IMG/VR virus record: IMGVR_UViG_3300037991_003529
Coordinates: 1-30,163 of that record
Length of the DNA: 30,163 nucleotides
From: a virus
Taxonomy: Duplodnaviria > Caudoviricetes
Strand: one strand, 5' to 3'
Below the pieces are notes generated by a model that saw only the letters and a list, made by a program, of their open reading frames with translations, was not told the origin of the DNA and did no database searches. A program made the translations under genes and the position numbers. Within the stretch, counting starts at the first letter, position 1; each line of letters starts with the position of its first letter. Below are positions 1 through 6,858 of the stretch, piece by piece.

Positions 1-1283
1 AGTAATGTCTCTACATTAACACCAGGAATGTTACCATCAATGATAGTCTCTGGTGACATATTGTACTGAACAATGATATTAGGATAAAGAGAGTTCAGGT
101 CAAAAGAGCAGACCCAATCATGCATACCAGTCATAGGATCTTTGACGTATGCACCAGGATACTTCTCTTTGACCTGAGCTAGTTTAGGAGGAACAGCCAC
201 CTGTTCTTGAAATAGTAAACGATAGATAATCGAATCCCATATCGATGTAGTACCAAATGTTTCTGAGTAGTTAACACCACCTCTATATGCCATAGTCAAA
301 GCAAGAGTAATCAAACCCATCTTCTCTTCTAGTCTATCAACTAACTGAACATCTTTTATGTTATAGTCAATAAACTTTTGGAAGTCATGTTTGTATAGAG
401 TGTGAAGATTACCATGTTCTTCGTATGAGAGTTTATTCTCACCAAGAACAACATGAGCAATATGATCTAGTTTGTACGACTCTTGTTGTCCGTATGCATA
501 TCCAAACTTACGAAATAGATCATAGTAATCTAGCTGTTGGATACCCATCATCTCATAAGCAATATTCTCACGACCAGCAATGATGATGTTACGTTGATCT
601 ACAACACCCCATGGTGAGAACTTCTTGTAGACATCACCACCAATGATATTCTTTACACGATTTATTAGATAAGGAAAATCAAATAGACGAGTATTCCAGC
701 CGGTAACCACATCGGGGCACCAGCGAGGATCATGCCAATAAGTGAGCCAAGATAGTAGAAGATCGATTTCATCCTTGCACTTGACATACTGGATTTTATC
801 GACTCCCTCAACGATGCAAGAGTTCTCGTCATAGTCGTATAGTCCCCAAACGTAGTATATATTATCTATATTATTCTTCATTGTAATAGAGATCACAGGA
901 TGTGCAGCCTGAGCTACAAACGGAAAACCATCATCCGATGCAACCTCTATATCAATAGAAGTTACATTAATTCTATCACGATCGAACTTAATCTCATTAG
1001 GAAATCTATCTGTGATAAACTGAGTAACATAATTAGTAGTCCCATATATTGGAAAGTTATCTACACCTTCATACTTCTTGATAAAGTCACCAGCGTCTCG
1101 CATAGTGTCAAAGGTCATAGGTTGTACTGGTTGATTCTGTAGATTGTTCCATCCAGTCTCTTTGTCTGTAGGAACAAATAGAGTTGGCATATATGGAATC
1201 TTCTTTTCGATTCGTTTGCCATTCTCAAAGCCTCTGTAGAGGATATTGTTACCGTATCGGTTAACGCTAGTGTAAAAGTTCAT
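1..1283 (-). CDS. gp43: Family B DNA polymerase (T4 gp43-like), 5' part; runs off the left edge
   Basis: Not in the ORF track because no stop lies in the window. Hand translation from ATG 1283 gives MNFYTSVNRYGNNILYRG; ExoI motif SIDIEVASDDGFP near 925-960; PolB motif A DWVCSFDLNSLYPNII near 70-120. SD GGAGGG upstream. Confidence 0.96.
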   Translation of the reverse strand, partial: MNFYTSVNRYGNNILYRGFENGKRIEKKIPYMPTLFVPTDKETGWNNLQNQPVQPMTFDTMRDAGDFIKKYEGVDNFPIYGTTNYVTQFITDRFPNEIKFDRDRINVTSIDIEVASDDGFPFVAQAAHPVISITMKNNIDNIYYVWGLYDYDENSCIVEGVDKIQYVKCKDEIDLLLSWLTYWHDPRWCPDVVTGWNTRLFDFPYLINRVKNIIGGDVYKKFSPWGVVDQRNIIIAGRENIAYEMMGIQQLDYYDLFRKFGYAYGQQESYKLDHIAHVVLGENKLSYEEHGNLHTLYKHDFQKFIDYNIKDVQLVDRLEEKMGLITLALTMAYRGGVNYSETFGTTSIWDSIIYRLLFQEQVAVPPKLAQVKEKYPGAYVKDPMTGMHDWVCSFDLNSLYPNIIVQYNMSPETIIDGNIPGVNVETL

Positions 1284-1311
1284 ATTCCCTCCGAACTTAC
1301 TATCAGCATAT

Positions 1312-1340
1312 ATTATAATCTATTTTTATTTTATTGTCAA
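1312..1340 (-). promoter_or_regulatory. Sigma70-type promoter for gp43
   Basis: Perfect TTGACA (1340-1335), 17-nt spacer, TATAAT (1317-1312), starting immediately after the QueC-like stop codon. Confidence 0.85.
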
Positions 1341-2048
1341 CTAGAAGTGTCCAAAAGCCCATTTCTTTTCTAAGCACCACCAACACTTACCACAAGGTTC
1401 AGTTTCAAATTGGTCTATGATAACTGGCTTAGTAGGTCTATTTTCACAACTTCTTGTCAATGGTAATAGGTCATCAACAAGATTATATTTTTTGTACTGA
1501 GCTGCAATGAATTTTTTGTTTACATTATACCAAGGACTCATCAAACCAAATGTTTTACCATTAACGGTTTTTCTTGATAGCACATCATAGTTTTTTAGAT
1601 CTCTATCTGGTAATGCATCTTTTGCAAGATTAACAGGTCTGCCTCTAATGTTCTTTACTATGACAGGTCCAGGATTAGCTGTAGTCCCATGTATAAAGAA
1701 ATCAAACACACCATTAGCTAATAATTGTTTTTGAACTTCTACAAAGTAATGACCTTCTTGTTCATCTCTATAGAAACTGTAATGCATGTTAAAGTTAGTA
1801 TAACCAGTTCTAGTTATTACTGTGTGAATTACATCAGCAGCTTTTCTTGCATTCCAGTTTCCTTTAGCTGAGTTAGCACAAGTCATTGCATTAATCTCAA
1901 CATCTAAGTTATTATTCTTAACATACTTAACAGTGAGATACAATGCTAGTGCACTATCAACACCACCAGATACATTTATAAGAATCTTTTTATACTCTTC
2001 AGGTATTTGGAAGTTTACAGATTGTCCATCATTATCAGTTAATAGCAT
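1341..2048 (-). CDS. QueC-like PP-loop ATPase (7-cyano-7-deazaguanine synthase-like family)
   Basis: PP-loop SGGVDS; C-terminal Zn-binding pattern TRSC...CGKCWWC. Start ATG 2048 preferred; alternative TTG 2078. Confidence 0.7.
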   Translation of the reverse strand: MLLTDNDGQSVNFQIPEEYKKILINVSGGVDSALALYLTVKYVKNNNLDVEINAMTCANSAKGNWNARKAADVIHTVITRTGYTNFNMHYSFYRDEQEGHYFVEVQKQLLANGVFDFFIHGTTANPGPVIVKNIRGRPVNLAKDALPDRDLKNYDVLSRKTVNGKTFGLMSPWYNVNKKFIAAQYKKYNLVDDLLPLTRSCENRPTKPVIIDQFETEPCGKCWWCLEKKWAFGHF

Positions 2049-2051
2049 AGT

Positions 2052-2072
2052 AAAAAAGGCCCGAAGGCCTTT
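2052..2072 (-). terminator. Intrinsic terminator with C(UUCG)G tetraloop
   Basis: Minus strand AAAGGCC-TTCG-GGCC-TTTTTT right after the stop of ORF 2075-2314. UUCG loops are typical of T4-type terminators. Confidence 0.85.
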
Positions 2073-2074
2073 CC

Positions 2075-2314
2075 TCAATCAGTTTTTTTATCTACTACAA
2101 ATGAATACAACTTTTCAGCTTGAGCTTTTATCTCTTCTGGTGTCATCATTTTTGGAACATATTGATTGTATGCATCCAGAGCTTGTTGAGTGTTTTCTTT
2201 ATGCATCTCCATAGCTTTGTAAGCTAGTTCAAGTTGCATGTCATAGTTCTTGTCGACAATTTCTTTTGCCATGTTAAGAACATCGTATCGAATTTGATAT
2301 GGATTATTTGCCAT
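2075..2314 (-). CDS. Small helical hypothetical phage protein (79 aa; 97 aa from the alternative ATG 2368)
   Basis: MANNPYQIRYDVLNMAKE...PEEIKAQAEKLYSFV; SD AGGAG before ATG 2314 and AGGAGG before in-frame ATG 2368. Confidence 0.75.
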   Translation of the reverse strand: MANNPYQIRYDVLNMAKEIVDKNYDMQLELAYKAMEMHKENTQQALDAYNQYVPKMMTPEEIKAQAEKLYSFVVDKKTD

Positions 2315-2388
2315 AATATTCTCCTGTGTGTTGTGATTGTACCATGTTAAATCAATGTCATGAATCATGATACCTCCTGTGTGATCAG

Positions 2389-2408
2389 CCGGGCGGCTAA
2401 CCGCCCGG
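2389..2408. other. Perfect all-GC 8-bp intergenic hairpin
   Basis: CCGGGCGG-CTAA-CCGCCCGG in an AT-rich genome; no U-tract on the coding (minus) strand. Confidence 0.7.
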
Positions 2409-2416
2409 TCGCTGTT

Positions 2417-2599
2417 TTATTTTTCTCCAGCTTCTCTAAGATCTGCAGCTTGTAGCATACATGCTTTTGCTTCTTTGTAGTAGCCATGTCTTGCTAACTC
2501 AGATGCAGCTCTTGAATATCCAATAATTTGGAATGTATTATTTATACTATTCCAAATTCCAGATAATGGAGCAAAGGTATATCTCATTACTGTATCCAT
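2417..2599 (-). CDS. Hypothetical protein (60 aa)
   Basis: MDTVMRYTFAPLSGIW...; ATG overlaps the upstream stop (TAATG at 2601-2597). Confidence 0.65.
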   Translation of the reverse strand: MDTVMRYTFAPLSGIWNSINNTFQIIGYSRAASELARHGYYKEAKACMLQAADLREAGEK

Positions 2600-2859
2600 T
2601 ACACCCACCCATTTAGATTTTCATTAGGGTAAGTAGCAGTACGCTTGAGCGTTCTATCACCTCTAGCTACTGAACGGATATCTCCTCTGCCAATTCCAAT
2701 ATCGTTTAACTCTTTATCGGAAAGAGCTGAAAGTTCTTTGATTGTTGCGTTTACCATTTTGTTTCTTTGGTAACCAGCGTTCCAATCTTTGAACCAATTT
2801 AAGAGACCTTCAATTGGACTCTGTAAGTAGTTGCTTATCGCTAATATGTGTTGTGTCAT
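2599..2859 (-). CDS. DUF1127 (YjiS-like) small protein
   Basis: IKELSALSDKELNDIGIGRGDI matches the DUF1127 signature L..LSD..L.DIG..R..I; SD GAGGG before ATG 2859; overlaps the hsp20 3' end by 50 nt. Confidence 0.8.
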   Translation of the reverse strand: MTQHILAISNYLQSPIEGLLNWFKDWNAGYQRNKMVNATIKELSALSDKELNDIGIGRGDIRSVARGDRTLKRTATYPNENLNGWV

Positions 2860-3283
2860 TTTGACCCTCGTAATTTTTTCCAATTTCTATTTTACGAGGA
2901 CGCATTTCTTCTGGGATGACGTACTTCAGTTCTATTGCAAGTATTCCATCCTGAATATCTGCTCCGTGCACTTGTACGTGCTCAGACAGTCGGAATGTTC
3001 GTTTAAACTTCTTGGTTGAAATACCACGATGAATAAACTCACGACCCCTTGACTTATGTTCACCTGTTACAGTAAGTGTTCTATCCTTGACCTCTACGTT
3101 GATTTCATCTTTAGAGAAGCCAGCAATAGCTAGTTCAATCAGATAATCAGATTCAGATGTCTTAATAATATTATGAGGTGGATAATGATCATTTGCATGT
3201 TTAGCTGTCCATTCTAGTTCGTTGAACAGATGGTCAAAACCAACAAATGATGAACGGGGGAATAGTGTATGTAAGCCTGTCAT
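2810..3283 (-). CDS. hsp20: Small heat shock protein, Hsp20/IbpA family
   Basis: VGFDHLF, YPPHNI, IELAIAGFS, HRGISTKKFKRTF, GADIQDGILAIEL, PEEMRPRKIEI; usual position between regA and gp43. Confidence 0.95.
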   Translation of the reverse strand: MTGLHTLFPRSSFVGFDHLFNELEWTAKHANDHYPPHNIIKTSESDYLIELAIAGFSKDEINVEVKDRTLTVTGEHKSRGREFIHRGISTKKFKRTFRLSEHVQVHGADIQDGILAIELKYVIPEEMRPRKIEIGKNYEGQNDTTHISDKQLLTESN

Positions 3284-3344
3284 TTTTTATCTCCTTATGA
3301 ATCAAGCAAGATTAATATTACGACCAGATCATTCTGCATCGCAA
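3284..3344 (-). promoter_or_regulatory. ROSE-like RNA thermometer in the hsp20 5' UTR
   Basis: Two hairpins. The 3' one pairs AUCUU(G)CUU with the SD region AAGGAGAU, leaving the G of UUGCU bulged. Confidence 0.7.
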
Positions 3345-3347
3345 AGT

Positions 3348-3378
3348 TATTTATACTACATTTGGTTGACTAAGTCAA
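3348..3378 (-). promoter_or_regulatory. Overlapping sigma70 and gp55 late promoter for the hsp20 operon
   Basis: TTGACT (3378-3373), 17 nt, TATAAA; the -10 is part of an exact TATAAATA (3355-3348); A-tract upstream. Confidence 0.75.
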
Positions 3379-3396
3379 CACTTTTTTGAATATCGG

Positions 3397-3915
3397 TTAC
3401 CACCCAAAGGAAAAGCCTACTCTAGAACAATCAGGCAAAGCAACATGATATATTCCTGTGGGAACATATACAAAGTCACCTGGATTTAATCTTTGAGAGA
3501 ATGTTGATTTAGAAGTCATAGTCTTTGTTCTATCATCATAATCACACCCATTGGCAAATATCTTCCAAGGCATAGTACCTTTTATCATAACAAAAAATAC
3601 CTCCATTCCATCACAATGTGGAGGAGATGCTATAGCGTTTGGACTAAAGCCAGCATAACAATGACATGATAAGCCAGCACGTCCTAACAATTTTCCTAAA
3701 GCTAACTTTACTTCTCTTATAATAGCAAAGTCTGTGTCTTTCATGTTAACAAAGATTTTATGAGGATCTCTAGCTCTTTGGTTACCATTAAGAAATGATT
3801 TATCAAAGAATGGTACTATATCTTCCCAACTAGGAAAAAGGTCTGGAGATATATCTAGAGATCCTGCATAAGGAATCTTATTTTCTATTGCAACATTAAG
3901 GTCAGGCGGAAACAT
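3397..3915 (-). CDS. JmjC/cupin-fold protein (YcfD/RoxA-like core)
   Basis: PPHCD (HxD) ... LNPGDFVYVPTGIYHVA (distal His). Confidence 0.75.
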   Translation of the reverse strand: MFPPDLNVAIENKIPYAGSLDISPDLFPSWEDIVPFFDKSFLNGNQRARDPHKIFVNMKDTDFAIIREVKLALGKLLGRAGLSCHCYAGFSPNAIASPPHCDGMEVFFVMIKGTMPWKIFANGCDYDDRTKTMTSKSTFSQRLNPGDFVYVPTGIYHVALPDCSRVGFSFGW

Positions 3916-4330
3916 TACTCACTTTATTCCCAATGTTATACTTTGGACACAATTCCCATTCATCCTTTTCTCTGAATGGAAGTATCTTAATTAATCTTAG
4001 AGGAGCACAATTGCTTGCTTTAGAAGTGTCATGTATTTCAACAAGACCCCAATCACTCATTAATGTAGCTATTGTATTCCTTCTTTGAATATCTGTTTCT
4101 TCTAAGTTGGCTTTCTTTCCATCTAACATAAACAGCTCTTTGAAATGTACAATAAAGTACCTGCCTTGTTTATGAAGTATATGACATGATTGGAAAAGTT
4201 TTTTATCTTTGCGAGATGCAACACCAATTCTTGTTAGTGTTTCTCGAACCTTTAAGAAATCATCAGGTTCGTTTAGAGTTACTTCCAACATATCTGTTGG
4301 GTTCCACTCTACAATGTTAGCTTCTTCCAC
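3902..4330 (-). CDS. regA: Translational repressor RegA
   Basis: DDFLKVRETLTRIGVASRK, QSCHILHKQGRYFIVHFKELF, WELCPKYNIG. Confidence 0.97.
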   Translation of the reverse strand: MEEANIVEWNPTDMLEVTLNEPDDFLKVRETLTRIGVASRKDKKLFQSCHILHKQGRYFIVHFKELFMLDGKKANLEETDIQRRNTIATLMSDWGLVEIHDTSKASNCAPLRLIKILPFREKDEWELCPKYNIGNKVSNVSA

Positions 4331-4694
4331 CTTTGTTCACCTTCTGTTTTATTATAGTTATCTGTTCAGGTGATAGAAGGGACAATACTTGTCTAGCTTT
4401 TTCGTTGCTGTATCCATAGTATTCTTTGACCACTTCAATATCACTCTCAGTTTCTGGTTTCATCCATTTCGAAAATCTTTTACGCTTTCGGATGATATTT
4501 ATAAGAAAGTGATATTGGAGCTTATTATCAGTGTGATGATACTGATTCATTACGTTAGCAAGGCCAACTGTGTCTTGAAAATAGCTTAAAGATCTATTAA
4601 TCATAAAGCTATTGTAATCTTTTTCACATATATCATCAACCATAATGTCTTGTTTACTATAGTTGATACTAGTTACATAATCAAATGGGTTCAT
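4317..4694 (-). CDS. gp62: Clamp loader small subunit
   Basis: YNSFMINRSLS, LQYHFLINIIRKRKRFSKW, VKEYYGYSNEKA; directly upstream of regA. Confidence 0.93.
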   Translation of the reverse strand: MNPFDYVTSINYSKQDIMVDDICEKDYNSFMINRSLSYFQDTVGLANVMNQYHHTDNKLQYHFLINIIRKRKRFSKWMKPETESDIEVVKEYYGYSNEKARQVLSLLSPEQITIIKQKVNKGGRS

Positions 4695-4975
4695 TAAAAA
4701 CCTTGTTCTATTCCACTATCAACAGAAGGCCACATAGCTTTATCAATAGCTTCTTGTAAAGATTGAGTATTGTACTTATTAGTGTTGAGTACGTTTATTT
4801 GTTTCTCATTATAGTATAACAGAGGAACAGTTCTATGTCCACGCTGTCTTACAAATTCTAATGCTTCAGCGTCTTCTCTAATATTAACAATTGTATAGTC
4901 AGCTTCTATTTGATCAAGCATCGACTTCATTGTATCACAAAACGGACATGCTGGTTGTGTGTAAAGTGTTAACAT
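4694..4975 (-). CDS. Glutaredoxin/NrdH-like redoxin
   Basis: LYTQPACPFC and cis-Pro motif HRTVP. Confidence 0.88.
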   Translation of the reverse strand: MLTLYTQPACPFCDTMKSMLDQIEADYTIVNIREDAEALEFVRQRGHRTVPLLYYNEKQINVLNTNKYNTQSLQEAIDKAMWPSVDSGIEQGF

Positions 4976-4976
4976 A

Positions 4977-5273
4977 TTAATTCCTTAAAGATTCTAATCC
5001 GTTTGCTAAGTGACAAAAATGTACTATTGATTCTGTTTCATTGTCAAGCGGACCAGAAAGTATATTTTCTATATTCTTCTTTTGTTCATCAGTTATCTTA
5101 AACTGTAAAGCTAATGAATAATGAATGTCATAACAAAAGGAGCAGTTATTATCTTCACTAATTTTAGCAAAAATGTATTCACGTTCAGCTCTAGTATATC
5201 TATCGCTGATACCTTCTACTATTAATAAAAACAATAAAGGTTCTAGAGATTCAGATAATTCTTTTGTAAACAT
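4977..5273 (-). CDS. AhpD/carboxymuconolactone decarboxylase-like CxxC protein
   Basis: AEREYIFAKISEDNNCSFCYDIH fits the AhpD core RE.I...VS..N.C.YC...H. Confidence 0.65.
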   Translation of the reverse strand: MFTKELSESLEPLLFLLIVEGISDRYTRAEREYIFAKISEDNNCSFCYDIHYSLALQFKITDEQKKNIENILSGPLDNETESIVHFCHLANGLESLRN

Positions 5274-5276
5274 ATT

Positions 5277-5876
5277 TTAACATTTATGAAAATTAGAAGC
5301 AAATGAATGGTCGTCTATTGTTTCTGAAGGATCTGTACTATAATAATGAACATTTTGAGTAAAGCCTTTCACTTCTACATCAAAGACGCTGTACATAGTA
5401 TAACCAATCTTTGGTGTCTTTCTGTTGCTTCGCCATTTGTTTTCTTTGACACCATTAGCTTCAACGTGTCTAGTAAAAAATATAGTATCGATACCTTGTT
5501 TAGCAAAAAAAGGTTTTAAATGATTCCTAAAGATATTTGCTTCTTCTTTCCAGAATTTTATATTTGTTAAACGAAAGTTCTTTTGATCAAGATTATAGGC
5601 TCTTAGTTTTCTTATTAATCTTTTATCTATATGAGGAGTCTTTTTAAAATAATAACCATAGGTTGGCCTATCATTTACTAAATATAAAGCTGTATAATCT
5701 CTATCATATTCTGACATAATATCATACACAAAAGGATTGTCATCAAGCTGTGGTAGTTTGTTTTTACTTGCATCTGCACAAACATCCCACACCCATTCCT
5801 CTACGTATGGATTATCTTTATCATCAGTAAAAAGATACTTTACATTTGGAAGATTGGTATCAAATAATTTGTCCAA
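5277..5876 (-). CDS. Hypothetical protein, possibly GNAT-fold acyltransferase
   Basis: Clean 199-aa ORF coupled to its neighbours; strand/helix order resembles GNAT by eye only. Confidence 0.45.
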   Translation of the reverse strand: MDKLFDTNLPNVKYLFTDDKDNPYVEEWVWDVCADASKNKLPQLDDNPFVYDIMSEYDRDYTALYLVNDRPTYGYYFKKTPHIDKRLIRKLRAYNLDQKNFRLTNIKFWKEEANIFRNHLKPFFAKQGIDTIFFTRHVEANGVKENKWRSNRKTPKIGYTMYSVFDVEVKGFTQNVHYYSTDPSETIDDHSFASNFHKC

Positions 5877-6858
5877 TAATTTGATTCCTCTTTACTTTTC
5901 TTAGATTATCGTCAACTTCAATATGAGCAACCTCTTTAGGTATTATTTCATAAGCGCATCTATGATTGTTTAAGAACAGTTGAGTATTCATAGTTCCTGT
6001 GTAATACACAACACAATTGTGTCCTTCTTTTCTACATAAAGCTAGATCAGCTCCACTATCTATAGCAACCTTTTCTATTTGTTCTGGGTAAACTCTATCA
6101 CCACAATTTTCCATTTTAAATGAATTGTGTTTACGACCAGCAAAAAAGAACTCACCATCATCAGTATATTCTATTAGATCACCGCTATGCCAATACTCTT
6201 GTTGATCTTTCCACTTACAAACCCATTCAATTGAACCGTCTTCGTGATTTATATTTTTGTAATCTATTTCAGGATGTATGTCATTGAAATGGTATATGTC
6301 TTGCTTCTCAGTACTCATAACAATTGGAGGTACTTCAGTACTTCCATATGCAGTAGTAACTTTTTGTGCTCCTTTAGATCTTAGATCTTCCATGAGACCA
6401 TTGGGAGTAACATCACTACCAACTTGCATATGTTTTAGATTACTTAAATCTAACTCTTTCCATTTTTTATGTCTATGCCAAGTCTTCCATACATTAGGAA
6501 GTATAAGTGTGTGAGTAGGATTTATTTCTCTTAATCTATCAGGATAGTTTGATACAGTTGTTTCAATAAAGACATCACAATTTGCTATTGCACATGGATA
6601 TAAACTCATAGAAGTAAAACCAATACCTCTAGGATTGTATAATGACATCATAGTACTATTAGATGTAAGGTCCATCCAATCAGCATTATACTCTGCTATT
6701 TGTTGCATAAGTGCTGGACTATGCTGAAATGTTTTTGGTTCTCCAGTAGTACCACTAGTACTAACAGTAACAGTCCAGTTTTCTAAGTAATCAATAACAG
6801 CAGATCTTACTTTATCATTATCACTTTCAATATATTCAATACCATCAATGTATATCAT
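5860..6858 (-). CDS. Adenylate-forming (ANL / AMP-binding) enzyme, shortened
   Basis: A3 TSGTTGEPK, A5 YGSTE, A7 WHSGDL, A8 GR...DRVYPEQIE, A10-like LRKVKR. Confidence 0.85.
   Translation of the reverse strand: MIYIDGIEYIESDNDKVRSAVIDYLENWTVTVSTSGTTGEPKTFQHSPALMQQIAEYNADWMDLTSNSTMMSLYNPRGIGFTSMSLYPCAIANCDVFIETTVSNYPDRLREINPTHTLILPNVWKTWHRHKKWKELDLSNLKHMQVGSDVTPNGLMEDLRSKGAQKVTTAYGSTEVPPIVMSTEKQDIYHFNDIHPEIDYKNINHEDGSIEWVCKWKDQQEYWHSGDLIEYTDDGEFFFAGRKHNSFKMENCGDRVYPEQIEKVAIDSGADLALCRKEGHNCVVYYTGTMNTQLFLNNHRCAYEIIPKEVAHIEVDDNLRKVKRNQIIGQII

Noticed and set aside
1284-1310. Possible gp43 autoregulatory operator hairpin (CUGA-8 nt-UCGG)
   Set aside because: Only 4 bp including a G-U pair and no match to the T4 operator loop; too weak to call.
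2321-2416. Cuckoo/CcsR-type sRNA next to DUF1127
   Set aside because: The CCUCCU-like words are on the opposite strand and are just the complements of SD sequences; no CCUCCUCCC loops on the transcribed strand.
2539-2546. Intragenic TATAAATA (also 4496-4503 and 11253-11260)
   Set aside because: All lie in coding sequence at Ile-Asn codons; a few chance hits are expected in AT-rich DNA. They cannot be called without TSS data.
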